From the NCBI RefSeq assembly GCF_036321535.1, contig NC_087436.1, forward strand, positions 70,372,001-70,436,000: a stretch of DNA of 64,000 nucleotides, in the 5' to 3' direction. The notes beneath the pieces were generated by a model that made no database searches, was not told the origin of the DNA, and saw only the letters and a program-made list of their open reading frames with translations. The translations under genes were made by a program, and so were the position numbers. Position 1 is the first letter of the stretch, and each line of letters opens with the position of its first letter. Positions 1 to 12,650 of the stretch are shown one piece after another. Origin of the DNA: Camelus dromedarius. Lineage: Eukaryota.

Positions 1-685
1 TATATTCCTTTTCATATTCTTTTTCACTATAGGTTATTACAAGATATTGAATACATTTCCCTGTGCTTTACAGTAGGACCTTGTTGTTTATCTATTTTAA
101 ATGTAGTAGTTAGTATCTGCAAATCCTGAACTCCCAATTTATACCTCCTCTCCCTCCTTTTCCTCACTGGTAACCAGAAGTTTGTTCTCTATGTCTGTAA
201 GTCTGTTTGGTTTTGTAAATAAGTTCATTTGTATCATTTTCTTTTAGATTCTTCATGTAAATGATATAATATGGCATTTATCTCTTTCTGGCTTACTTCA
301 CTTAGTATGATGACCTCTAGGTTCATCCATGTTTCTGCAGATGGAATTATTTCATTCCTTTTTATGGCTGAGTAATATTACATTGCATATATATACCATA
401 TCTTCTTTATCCAATCATCTGTCAATGGGCATTTAGTTTGCTTCCATGTCTTGTCTATTGTAAATAGTGCTGCTATGAAGATTGGGGTGCATGTATCTTT
501 TCAAATCAGTTTCCTCCAGATATATGCCCTTGAGTGGGACTACTAGATCATATGGTAAGTCTATTTTCAGTTTTTTCAGGAACCTCCATACTGTCCTCCA
601 TAGTGGTTGCACCAAATTACATTCCCACAAACAGTGTAGGCGGGCTCCCTTTTCTCCACACCCTCTCCAGGATTTATCATTTGTG
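1..685 (-). mobile_element. 5'-truncated L1 (ORF2 C-terminus plus 3' UTR), cut by the window edge
   Basis: ORF 433..690(-) reads [41 protein letters not shown], the L1 ORF2p C-terminal motif; the 3' UTR resembles the other young L1 copies in the window. Confidence 0.95.
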
Positions 686-699
686 TCCACTCATATTTT

Positions 700-1500
700 A
701 AAGTGAGCTACAGAGAAGATGGTTGGAAGCCCTGCAGGCTTGTATTCTTGTTAGTTTTACTGTAGAGTGATTGGACAGCTGTTCTATTAAAGGACTTGCA
801 AATGCCAACTTCTGTAGTTTCTCCAGAGAAAAAATATCCAACCTCTTACAAGGACAACTGACTATCAGCATTCTGGGAGCTATAGGGAGGGAGGAGTCTT
901 GGTTTCCACAATTCAGTATGCAGATTTTCATTTAATGCCCTCGCTTTCAGTATGGGCCCTCATCCCTGTCCATAGCTGAGATATAGCTATTTTAACGTCT
1001 AAGTGAGTACATCTTTTGTCTTCAGCCATGGAGTTCCCTGGTTGTGTGGTTTGAGGAAGAGCCTCTTGGGATCTAATTGTTACTAGTAAAGGCTTTCAAT
1101 TTATCTTTGTTTCAGCCCCACCGAAGGACAAATTCAAGATTATTGGGGCATAAAGTTTATACAATTTAGGGGCTCCTTTTCATAAAAAGAATACAGAATT
1201 AGTTACTGGCCTTTGACAGAGCCTATATAAAAGAGTAAGACTTCCTTTCTCACTTTTACTTTCATAGGTACCAGAGTCTTCAGTTTCAGAGCTATTCCAG
1301 TGTTCTGAGTGGTGAACTGAATGATTTCGGTACAGCTACTTAAATCTCTGCTCAGCTAAGTCTGTTTCACTTGTCCATTCACTTTCTACTTCCTGTTACT
1401 TTGTTAACATCTCGACATCCATCCCGTCATCTCCTATTATTTTTCTGTTGTTATCATTTTTTCTTGTGAGCGAAGAAAAACGAGATTGTTCAATTTGTCA
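700..1500 (-). mobile_element. Old L1ME/HAL1-type 5' region fragment
   Basis: 'cagcattctgggagct...ttcagtatgcagattttcatttaatgccctcgctttcagtatgg' resembles recalled L1ME/HAL1 5' consensus; highly diverged. Confidence 0.5.
1128..1245. mobile_element. MER53-like non-autonomous hAT fragment
   Basis: 'ggggcataaagtttatacaatttaggggctcctttt...aaaaagaatacagaatt' matches the recalled MER53 5' half. Confidence 0.6.
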
Positions 1501-1562
1501 AGTGTAACCAGAACGTCTATTAACTCACTTTAAATTTGGAAGAGATCTCAGTAATCATCTAG

Positions 1563-1705
1563 TTCAGGGATCCTTAACCTGAATTTTAAGGAGGTTTGTG
1601 AGTCGTCTTCTACCAAAATTATAGGCACAATTTTGTACGGGGGTGTCTGTGTTGGTTTTCCTGAGGAGAAGATCTATAGCTCTTATGAGAGTCCCAAAAG
1701 TTAAC
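1563..1705. mobile_element. hAT-Charlie non-autonomous fragment
   Basis: Begins 'cagggatccttaacctg' (Charlie-type TIR) and contains 'ttttcctgaggagaagatctatagct'. Confidence 0.4.
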
Positions 1706-2299
1706 ATCCTTTGATTTCCATGGTTGAGGATATGAGGGTTAAGAGAGATGGAAGTCCGGCATCTCCTTGAGATTTTATGTTTCTAACAATAGAAAAGCCT
1801 TGATTCTTGGTAGAAAAGGTCACCCAAAGGGAGAATTTTTCAAGTCGTGAGCTTTCTGACTCTGGTTTTCCTGAGCACTCTCTAGTCCTCTCTCTTGGGC
1901 GTGTGGACATGTACAGAATCTTTGCTCTTGCTTAGCTGAAGCCCTTCTCCTTTGTTTAAAGATAGCTTTGTCTTCTATTGTGGGGAAGAGTAATTTTCCT
2001 TGAAAGAGTGATATCCATGGTTGTAAATATAGTAGGGGGACCTCAACTGGTACCTTACTGTGTTGATCCCAGGTTTGGTCATTCTGGGAGGCCTGTGTCT
2101 CAGGCTCCCTTAAAAGTGCAAGGTGTCTAGGAGCAGCCTGAGAAGCCTGCTCAGCAATGGCTCATTCTAAAGGATTGGTGGGGGTGGGGAGGGTGATTTG
2201 GGGGCACAGTGAAGAGTCTTCATGCAGCTCATACTCTGTCTGATTCCCATGGAGCCCTGTCTGAGTACTAAGGAGGGCCTGTGAGTAAAATGTCAAAGA

Positions 2300-3085
2300 G
2301 ACATTGTCATGAAAAGCTTGGGAACATTGGAAAAACAAAACATTGCTGTTTGGGGATCCATATAATAATTTAGGCACTAAGTCATGAAGAGCTGTTCCCG
2401 GCTCTGGTGGAATTGTAAGGTAATGTTTATCCTTTGTCAGCTTTAGGGTGCTTTTGTGGCAAAGATGAAAGTCTCAGAGGCCTTGGCGGTCATCTCAGGG
2501 AGCCAGGAGGACAGGAAAGTGGCGTCAGCTGTTCGTTGCTGCGAGAGCTGTGATCATCATTGCTTATGAGACCCTTACTGGAGAGGGGCCAGGGCTCTGG
2601 AGGTCTCACAATTGCTAGGCATTCCTATTGCAAACTTATATGATTTGGTTGAGGCAGGGGAAACATGGGCACACATGCGATGTGTTAGGACACCTCTGGC
2701 TGTAGAAGAGACTTGTCCTTTTGTGCTGTGAATTTCAGGCATGCTATTCCATTAAAAATTCTGCAGTCAGAATGATCTCCAGGTATCATCAAACCCTCAA
2801 GTCCTCTGATGACAGGATTTGAATTTCACGAGAAGAAAGTGCTGTGATTGCTGATGAATCATTTTCCATAGAGGCCAGGCTGCCAACAAGTCATCATATG
2901 TCACTCTGGAGGTAGACTCCTCTGTGGGTACTAAGTCTTGACTGGGAGCTATAAGAAGGTGTGAAGTGTAAGGACTGTGGGATGCATCCCCCACAACTGA
3001 GCAATGCTGGTGAGTGTTCTACCAGCCACAGCCTTCTCTGCCTTCTGGAGGGTGGTGACCTCCCCAGTGGGAGAAGTTTGGCTAA
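2300..3085 (-). mobile_element. Decayed Gypsy (Ty3) gag relic of PNMA-like type, probably a MamGyp-class internal region
   Basis: Joining minus-strand frames by eye gives KLLPLGRSPPSR..WLVEHSPALL(Q)LWG..APSQDLVP..SRVTYDDLLAAW..SQHFLLVKFKSCHQRT..LEIIL..DKSLLQ. This is colinear with the PNMA capsid pattern KLRxFSG..WLE..LQ.W..GPAxDL..T.EECLAAL..VK..Q..RLE.LL..D..RLQQ. It has stops and frameshifts. Confidence 0.65.
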
Positions 3086-5094
3086 TCCCTTAGTTTCTCT
3101 GACAGCAGCTCCAGAAGGGTTTCTTGTTGCCAGGACTCGAAGGCATTTGTTACCTTGACAGCAGGAGTGCAGCATGCATGCGTCTTTCCTGGTCCCCATG
3201 TGATCCTTTGCTGTGATGCTCATGTGTTTATACTTGTGCAAGACTCAGGAAGGAAGAGACAGCCCGCATGTGTCCCATCTGCCCTCTTCAGGAGGCTGGA
3301 CCAGGTTCTCTGGGGTCAGCGTGCACTCTCCCTTTGCCACCCTCTCAGACGGCAGCTGATGGGACCACTTAAGCCAGAGAGGGATCTCTCAGGGAAGACA
3401 GCATGATTCCTGATATGGGCAAAGTGCTGGGTAAGTAAGGTTACCTGCACTTGAAACAAACAAATTGGCTAAAATGCGTCTCCACGTAGGGCACATGTAA
3501 GAGGGTGACTAGCTTCCCTTTCTATCCATGTTGCCGGACAATGCTAAATATTGCATCAGAGTTATCTCAGGTGTTTCGGCTACCCCTGCCTTTCTCACTT
3601 TCATTATTTTTCTTTCTTTGTGTATTCAGATGCTTTGTAAATTGAAGATTTCTTGGCTTTTAAATGTTCAGGGCTTTTAATGTTCATTGGGGGGCTTTTT
3701 GATTTGAGGTCAACTCTGTGGTCACAGTTATTGCTCAGCCCTCCTTATTTCACCTGGATTGAGATCCTCAATTGTCCCTGCTGCAGGGGTGCTGTCACCT
3801 CTCCCCTTATACCATCAGGCTTCAGGTTAAAATTTAGCTCCTACACCAAGTTCCATTTAAAACAGTCTCAACTATTACATGTTTCTCACTGTTTACAATC
3901 GAAGAGATTGTCATCATGACATAATTTGACATAATTTGGATATATTTGATCATTTGCCGTGTCTTCCTCCTTTTCCTCCACCCTTCATGTTCTTTATTTT
4001 CTTAACCAAAAATCCTTCTAGAAGATTCCATATCTTAGAGGGATACAAAAATATTGAGAAGAATGATCTAATTCAAATTTGTGATTTACATTCTTATGTT
4101 TTTTTCCTCCAAAGCACAAGGTCTTTCATAAATGTGCCGTCTTTCACAGCAGCAAGTTACGGTAACTTGAACATCTCAGCTCTGCCCACCCTGGGAACAC
4201 AAAAGCATTCACATCTCAATTGCTCTGCACCCCACCTACCCACTGTGGTTCCTTTGGAGTTCCCTTCTTCCATGTATTTGTGGAAACTCCCCTACAGGGT
4301 GCTTTTCACTTATCCATGCTGAGTCCAGGCTAGAGCTCACTGCTGGGGCTTCCTACACTGGGTTGCCACAGCTGCCCAAACTGGAATTCTGCTGTTGCTA
4401 CTGCATTCTAGCTGCAGATCTGAGTGAAAGGCTTGGTGCTGCTGCCTCGTTGGTGGCCAGCTGCCGCAACGCTGCCGTCCTGCCTCGGTGTGGCTCTCGT
4501 CTCAGGCACTGCAGCCAATGGCACTTTGGCAAAGTGAGAGAAAGAATGCTTCCTCTCTCTATGTTACAGCGAAGATGAAGGGTCCCGGAACAGGCTTGGT
4601 TGGCCCTGGAGCACGATGAGTTAGACGTGCAGTGCTGTCTTCCGAGTTGCTCCTGCTGCATCCAGAACTTCCACCTGGAACTAATCTAGTTGGAACTCTG
4701 GTGATGCAGCTGCCTTTGAGCCCAGTGAGCTGGGACTTGGCTGCCACCAACAGCTTCTCATTTGAGATCCTTGCTAATCGCTTGGCCAGTTTCACTTTTG
4801 AGAACGAAAAATAGAGTGCTTCTTTCTCCAGTTTTGGGAATCATGTGCCCCAAAATTGCTAAGCTGTGAGACAACTGTTAATTCATATGTACCAGGGCCC
4901 AAACATGCAGCTGTAATGCCTGATTCTTCTTGGGCCCTGCTGTTAGCTGTTCAGTTCTCTGCCCTCCACTTCTTAGATCCTCTTGCTGAATTTACTGCAC
5001 CAGACACCTTAATCCTTTTGGTAAATTTTCTGTTGTCTTTCGTTATGTCTTATTTTATTTGAGGTGCCCTCAACTAAACAGACAGTTGTATATG

Positions 5095-5551
5095 TGTGAA
5101 ACCTAACTGGGGTCAGGATTTAATTATTTTCCCAGGAGGACCCACAGTCTCGAGTAATCCAGTTTATTTGAATAAACCCTGTGTCTGTAGGAAGGAGGAA
5201 GGGTGGTGGGTATCCTCTTATTCTCCCTAACCTGCATGTGCCTGAGTCTTGGCTCCAGCCCAGCCAGTCTGTGCATTTGCAGCAAGTTGTAGTTCAGGTT
5301 TTAAACATTTCATTTACAGGTGGCTCCCCCACCCACAGGACACTGTATCCTCTCATCCGCCTTTCCCCTCCCGTGCTTTATCTAACCATTACTTGGACAC
5401 GTTCTCCCTCCCCATATTGCCTGCTCAGAACAGCCACCAAACGGCTCCAGATTCCTTGCATTTGTGAGTGGCTGGTCAGTCTCTTTCCCATGGCCTTCTT
5501 TCTCTTTTCCTCAGAAGACAATGTAAATTATATATAAATACATTCCCCACA
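5095..5551 (-). mobile_element. Candidate 5' LTR of the Gypsy-like element
   Basis: Minus strand starts TGTGGGGAATG (5551), has AATAAA at 5168-5163 and ends ...TTTCACA (~5095); it lies upstream of and co-oriented with the gag relic. Confidence 0.4.
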
Positions 5552-5639
5552 TCAGAGCGTATAACTGTCTATTTCTCACAACTTTTCCCACCTCAGTTGT
5601 GCAGTTGAAAAGATAAACTATTTTAAACATACAAAAAAT

Positions 5640-6165
5640 TATGTTGAGAAAGCATATTTTTTTCAAATATTCAGGAATTTATAGAAATGAATATAACAGA
5701 TATTCAGATATAGCAAATATAAGAGGTGACCATGCAGTCACATTACACTGAACAAATACACACATTTTGACTTCTTTGTTTCAGATATTTTGAAATAAAT
5801 ACAACATTGCAGATATAAAGTCCCCTGAGTACCTCTCCCTAGCCCGTAACTATGTAAGTTCTCCAGAAGTAACCATTCCTGAGGTAGGGTTTTTCCTTTC
5901 CATCAATGTTTCATGCAGTTTGTTTATGTGTGTGTCCATATCAATACATAATATTATTTTGTGGGTTTAAAAATTAAATGTATAATATTATTTGGCTCAA
6001 GTTGCATATTCCAACTTGACTTCTTCATTCAAGCTCAAGTTTTTCAGATTTCTCCCCCCCCCCCAGATTGCTATGTTAGATGTAATTCGTTTTAACTACT
6101 ATAGAGATTACATTTGAGAAGAAGCCACAACTGGGTATATCCATTTCCCCGCTGATGGACCAAAT
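5640..6165 (-). mobile_element. Old L1 (L1ME/L1MC-type) 3' end fragment
   Basis: 'acattgcagatataaagtcccctgagtacctctcc..agaagtaaccattc..ccatttccccgctgatggac' is typical of an old L1 3' UTR. Confidence 0.65.
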
Positions 6166-6434
6166 AGCTACTTTGAAGAAGCAGCTCCTTTCTTTCCCAC
6201 TCTTCCAACTTCTGCCTCAGTACCTTCATTATTCCTTCCTGATTCCAATTATTGGCTCTATTCTAGAAGCCTTCTTAACTTACTTGGCTCCCATGTTGAA
6301 GGAAGTAAATTAATACTTGAACTAAAAAAAAATGGCACCTTAAGGAGAAAGGAGTACAAAGTTTTAAGCTCTGAAATGATGACTTGAAGATGCTCTGTGG
6401 GTTCATCTGAGGTTGGTAAAGATGCTCTGACTGG

Positions 6435-6645
6435 GACAGCAAAGGCATGGGGCTCTGGGATGAGACAGCCTGAGCTTGAATTCTAGCTCCACTCTTTCTT
6501 AGCCATGTGACCTTGGCAATTCCCTCTAAATCTACACAACTCTCTAAACCTCAAATCATGGATAACTTATAGAGTTGTTTTGAGCATTAAATGAAAGGGT
6601 TCATATAAGGCTATAGTGCAGCACCTGACACAGGGTAGGTTTTCT
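6435..6645 (+). mobile_element. MIR SINE
   Basis: Core 'cctgagcttgaattctagctccact..agccatgtgaccttggcaa' and tail 'agagttgttttgagcattaaatga..cacctgacaca'. Confidence 0.8.
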
Positions 6646-9600
6646 GTTCATCTTGTTATGGGTAATGGTTACTAGCTTACTTGAATGCAGATACCTGTAT
6701 TCTGGTTGTGGGGCCTACATGAGGATCTAACTCTGCTTCTTCACTGAAGCTGTGTGTGTGTGTTTGTTCAAGGAGGTCGGAAAGGGAGTTAGTATGAAGC
6801 TCTTATAACCTTAGGCTTATATGAAAGATACCCTAACTCAGCTTCAAAGACAAGAAGGACTTTTTGATGTGTTGAGAATTCTATATTAATTCAAGGGGAT
6901 GGTTCAATATCTTAACATCTTTTAGGAGCATTGTCAATAATGATATAGAAAGATTGTGTTGAAATATATTCTATATAATTTTCCACTACATTAAATATAA
7001 TTTAAAATGGTCTTTTTATATGTGTGCTTTAACCTATCTGAGGCCCCCATGAACCTAGTCAATTTCTGATTTAAACCTACCTCTAAATGAAAATTTGTCC
7101 TGGAACATAAACATGTGTCTATGCAGATAAAGATAGTGATGGGCCATCAAGTTCAGGGCAAAAACTTTGTGGTTTTAGGGATTTCAGTGACTCTTGTCTT
7201 CTTTCTCAGAACACATTTGTAGTATTACTGCTCCTTGAGGCATTATTCAGCCAAACACACAGAGATGCCACTGAAAGAGACAAGATTTGTTCTTTACTGG
7301 GAAAAACACTAAAGCTAAAGGTAGAATGGGAACCTCTTCAGAACAGCTCTTTCTTCCAAGTCTCAAATAATAAGTAAGGGTTATTCAGAGACTGGTCGTC
7401 TCAAATGGCTCTACTAAGATGAAACAGTGACTGTGATGATTACAGCCAGAGACACAGGAGGAAGTAATGCTGAACACTTGAACACAAGGAAAATTCACAC
7501 AGAAGCTTGGTCATTGTGGAAATAATTTTAAACAGTGATGCACTAAGTGAGGGAAGTGTGTTGGTTAAGTCCCAGGCTCTCAAGTAATCAGCAGTGGGTC
7601 ATGGTTCTTTCACAGTCAGTCTGAGTTCTTATTCTCTTTATTCTATGGGCACCCTGTCAATTTCATTTCTTTCACAGGGACAGAAAATAAAGAGTTAAGG
7701 GCTTTGGGAAATACTGAATGTCTCTGTCAGGACCTGGCTCCTAGTCCTGCACCCATTTCCCAAAACTGCATGCATTATGCAAAGACTTTCCTCCTCCAAA
7801 TACCATAACTTCTGTAATAACAACTGAAATAACATTAAAAATAATTTTTACTGCCTTCATACAATGACTATTAAATCTTTGAGGACTGTATGTAGGACTA
7901 CTCAGTAAGGTGATATAAAGATGATTTTCATTAAGGGACAAGATACAAGATCATGTAAACATGTGAACAGGAGCCAGCAGTCTGCTAAGTAAGGAAAATC
8001 TGGCCACAAATTCTATACTAAAACTCATTTTAAGTATGAGATTTTTTTGTTTTTTTTTAGAGAATTCAAATTCTTATGGTTGATGGATTCCAATAGATTT
8101 CTGTTTTTCTATATTTCAGTAGGATTCTGTTTTCCTATATTTTGTTATAGGAACTTTTTCATTTTGACAAACATTTACAAGTGAATATTTATATTTATGC
8201 ATTTCAAATCTCAGTAAGAGATTAGGAGTAGATAGCCCTATAGAAGTTCTTGCAGAGATTTACTGAGACAAATCCCATATATATTTCCTAGGAAGAAATC
8301 TTTGATTTTTCAGTATTTTGCCAGTTAATGGAAATTTGCACATCAGATTACCTCAGCAATAAGAGTGCAGAAATCTAAAAATAGAATGCTGAGAACAGAA
8401 CCTGAAAGGCGGGGTGGGGCAAGAAGGGAAGAAATGAAGAAGAGATTCTTAAATGGATTTAGGTCTCATGAGGTATCAGGCTCTCAGTGAAAAATTTAGA
8501 TTGTTTGAGATTTATCAAGTAATTGTTATTTTTCTTTTTACAGATACGCATACCTGTTTCATAATCTCTCCCGGCTGTAAACCTGAGCCCCGATGCTTGA
8601 CCTATTGTAAGTCAGAAAATCATGTATGGAAAAATACAGCTTTGCATTTTAGCCTCTTTCCTGTCATTACTTAAAAGAAAAAAAAAAAAAGATTTAAATC
8701 AAAATGGTTAGGAGGAGAAAAACCTTTTTGTTCCTGTAAGCAAATGTCTGACCTTGTTATGAACTGATACACTGCATAGGTATGGCTTTACTCATTTAGA
8801 CTCCCAGAGTCGCTCTTGTGATCCGGGGGGTACTCAGTACATCATTGCTCCTGTTGGTGGTGATGAATCTAGGTAACAAAGGAGTGTGGAGATGCATTTT
8901 TCCCTTTTGTGACTTGATATAAAAAAAATTCCTTTTCAAACCGTTGTGGGAAGGTATCCATTTGTAGGATTTACAATGGTGGATTGTTTATGCATCCTAT
9001 GATAATTTGGTCTAGATACAAGAGTTTTTATCTTCCCATGGAAACAAATTGGAAAGGAATAATGAGACACCATTTGGAATCGTTGGCAACTTTAAATGTT
9101 CAAAAAACTGAAATCACAAAAGCAGGAGAACAAAAGACCTCATCCTGGCTGATTAGATGATTTAACCAGCAGTTGTTGGCACCAAAACGTCAGCTAGACT
9201 GTTAGGGGAAAAAAAAAATCTCAGGGGCTGGTAACTGTCCTCTGTGGGGAAAAGATCTAAAATGTGTCCCTCATTATACCTTTTGGTACACAGATTTCCC
9301 TTATGAATTTCTAATTGGAAGGAAAATACGAAGATAAGGCATTACAAGAAAAACCAGGAGTGGGGCACTCAGTAATAAATGTAGCAGCCGTGTAGCAAGG
9401 AGCTTTATCCTTTGCAGTTGGGGAGCAGTCAGGGTGTCAAGTCTTGTATTATCAGGGTGTCTCCTCCTGCCTGCGTTGAAGCACCCGTGGCTCCCGTATT
9501 GATGTTCAGAGAGAAAGATCCCAGGAAAAATGGATTGGAAAAGTACTCTTATTTATTGTAAAGGGCGGCTGCAGTGTGGAGTGGGATGTGCAAGATCTTT

Positions 9601-9904
9601 CTGCAAACATTAAGCAGCGTGTGTCTATTTTTGGCATCACATTATAAATAGGGTTCGTGCCTATTGTGATACAGAAAAAAATGCTTTCAAGGAGATTCAC
9701 ATTCAGCTCTGTTTTATAATATTTAAGGCTGCAGTATTGTCACAGATGAGGCTAATTTGTTAGTGAGGTTTATTAGCTAGGTAAGTCTGAGCCCTCAGCC
9801 CTTAGTACATGTAAGGATAGTGGTCAGGAGAAGTTTTGAGTGTCTCCTGACAGATCCCCCCCTCCCCCATTTGACCACATACATTGAGATTAGCGAAGTT
9901 CTCT

Positions 9905-9950
9905 ATTTGTTTGTTTTTGTTTTTGTTTTTGGGTTTTGTTTTGTTTTTGC
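9905..9950. repeat. (TTTTG)n-type simple repeat
   Basis: Direct reading. Confidence 0.85.
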
Positions 9951-10829
9951 ACTTTTTTGAGATTACAAGAAACTGGATGTTTTGTGTTCATGTCCAGCTC
10001 ATGTGACAGTCTTCATTCACCCAGGATGAGAAAGGGCTCTTTCTTCTCCTGTAGTCTTCAATGAAGTCCCCTAGAGCCAAGTTCTACATTCTTTAGCTTG
10101 ACTCTGTTGACTTTTGTTTTATATGTACCTCATCAACTTTCAATGGACAGGCTAAAAGTTAGGCAATTGAGGTTTTTCTTTAACCTGTGGAATTCAACTT
10201 GTTTCAAATCGTTGGCCAGTAAAACCATACGGGTTAGTTTCATACAGTGTATAATATGAGCTTCCTGTTTGATCAGCACAATACTCAAAAGAATGTTATA
10301 AGCCTAACTATGTTAAGAAGAGATTCCAAACTTCACAGTGAGCTCTTGCAACCTGGCCAGTTTGAATCTCTTCCTCACTACTGTGTGAAGCCATTCTGTA
10401 CTATTCTTAAGTGAGATGCAATAGTCAGCAAACAGCAAATAAAACCCTAGGCCCTGGAAAAGACCAATGGGCAGAGCATTTGATCACAGAAGAGCAGAAA
10501 TGAGTTTCAGGAGGAATGCTAAAGGCCAGATGGCCTGCAGAGGACTGCCAAGATTTCAGAGGCCCCAGGACAGCCAAGCCAACGAATGGATTGTGCTCTG
10601 CCTATTATACAGATAGCCCTAGGGCACGGAGTCCTGGATATTTAACAGAAAAGTTGTGTACAGGATTAGAAAAAACTGGGAGTTTCTACTTAGCTCCTCC
10701 TAATAGTGGCTGGGCTTTGTGATCTTTGCATCTACTGCCTTTTGCTCATTTGCTCTATTGCTCATTGATTGTATAGGTTCTGCTCAGATGATGTTTGATT
10801 TTCTCTGACTACCCTCCTTCCCTTACATA

Positions 10830-12040
10830 ATCACTTACTGAGTGGCTGATAAATCCTAAGCAGTATATTAGAGCTAGATATATAATAATGAACAAGATGG
10901 ACATGGCTTCTGCCCTCATGGAGTTTATGGTCTAGTGGGGAAGACAGGAAAAGGGACAAGTAGTTACAATAATGCATTATGAGGAATACAAAAGAGAAGG
11001 TACAGAGCCCTATACACGCACATAACAGGGAACCTAACGTAATCTAGGGGTCAGACAAGGTCTCTCTGGAAGGAATACGTGGGCTGAGACCTGAAGGATA
11101 AGTAGGAGTTTGCTAGTAAGTGAGGAAATATTCCAGATAGAGAGGACAGTGTGTATGAAGTTGTGAAACTGAGAGACATTTTGCATAGTTGAGCAATTGG
11201 AGGGTGACATGGAGGAGCTTGTGTGTGTGGGGTTTCCTGTTTTTGTCCCTCTCCCTTCCTATACCCTAGGGTATAAGGAAGGCATGAGGGGAGTGGGGAG
11301 AGACTTTTGGTGGGCACAGAGATTTAAATTTCGGCAGGAGCAGGTAATTTATTAGAAGTGGGAAGAATGTCTCCAGAAATGCATCAAGGGAACAGAAATT
11401 GACTGAGTCACAGAATCAGAGGATTTGGGTTAGATTAGGGTTAAATTATTCATATAGTGTGGTTGCTAGTTTACCTGGAGGTTAAAGTGAAGAGGAAACA
11501 GCTTGAGAATCAGTAGACTATACAAGTAACTGAGATAACCCAGATGGTATGTATAGAGAGAGAAGAGAAGACTTAAAAAGAATTCTGAACATTGACATTA
11601 AGTTGACAGAGGAAGAACTGTAAAGAAGATTAACAAGGAGGAACCATAAAGAGAGGAGAAAAACTAGCAAACTGGTATCACAGAAGGGACAGGAAGGGAA
11701 TCCTGGGGCCAAGAGTCACCTCAGGAAACAAAATTTAAGGGGGTACCAAAAAACCCAGTAATTAAGATAATGGAGTGTTTAAAGAAACTAAGTTAATGCA
11801 GAAAGTCCATGATGAGTAAAACATCAAACTTAAAGACAAGATCAGAATGAATGAATTTTCCTTTTGTCTCAGGCTCCAATAAGGCTCCTCAGGACACTTT
11901 ATACAATTAGATTTAGAAATCTTTTATATTTAGAGTTTGATATTTTGTTCATATAGAAAGAAGGAGTGATAAACTGTGTTAAATGTGGCTGAGAATTCAT
12001 TCAAGAAATGGTTTGAAATGAGCCCACTGGATTTAGGACA
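10830..12040 (-). mobile_element. L2 fragments, interrupted
   Basis: 'atgaacaagatggacatggcttctgccctcatggagtttatggtctagtggggaagacag' and 'gggctgagacctgaaggataagtaggagtt' are antisense L2 3' hallmarks. Confidence 0.8.
11703..11899. mobile_element. MER96B-like hAT-Tip100 element inside L2
   Basis: 'aaaatttaagggggtaccaaaaaacccagtaattaagataa...ttttccttttgtctcaggctccaata' matches the recalled consensus. Confidence 0.65.
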
Positions 12041-12217
12041 AGTTTTATTACTGTATAATTTCTCTACCTTGTTTTAATAAATCATAATGGAAGTTATCTT
12101 ATTGTCTCTGCAAACATGATCATCACCTCCTAAAAAGCTGAGTCCTTTTCTGAATTAGGAGATTGTATAAACACAGACATTCATTTTTTCTTAAACTTAA
12201 GCAAATTCTGATAAACT

Positions 12218-12650
12218 ACTCATAGTATAAAATTTACCATTTTAACCATTTTTAAATGTACAGTTCAGTGATATTAAGTACCTTCACATTGTTGTGCAGC
12301 CATCACCACCATCCATCTCCAGAACTCTCTTCATCTTGTAAAACTTAAACTCTATACCTGTTAAAAACTTTTTTTGATTTAAAGTCTATTTTGCCTGATG
12401 TTAGTACAGCAATATCGTGCTCTTTTTAGGTTACTACTTGCATGCATTATCTTTTTCCATCCTTTCACATTAGTGACTTAGAATCTAAAATGAGTCTCTT
12501 CTAGACAGCATATAGTGGGATCACGGTATTTCTTCCCATTCTGCCAATCTCCTTTGATAGGAGAATTTAATCCATTTATATTTAAAGTAATTACTGATAA
12601 GGAAGGACTTCTAATAATTTTGCTGTTTGTTTTCTATATGCCTTACAGTT
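12218..12650 (-). mobile_element. Older L1 pieces (L1MB-type 3' end joined to the ORF2 5' region)
   Basis: 'aaatttaccattttaaccatttttaaatgtacagttcagtg..ccatcaccaccatccatctccagaac' then 'ttaaagtctattttgcctgatgttagtacagc..tttaatccatttatatttaaagtaattactgata'. Confidence 0.8.

Noticed and set aside
4360..4815. Cluster of 60-90 aa ORFs as a processed pseudogene
   Set aside because: No recognisable protein, poly-A tail or TSD; more likely leader sequence of the Gypsy-like relic.
8095..8150. ~27-bp imperfect tandem duplication (similar small ones at ~3917, ~14425 and ~43540)
   Set aside because: Ordinary slippage duplications with no sign of function.
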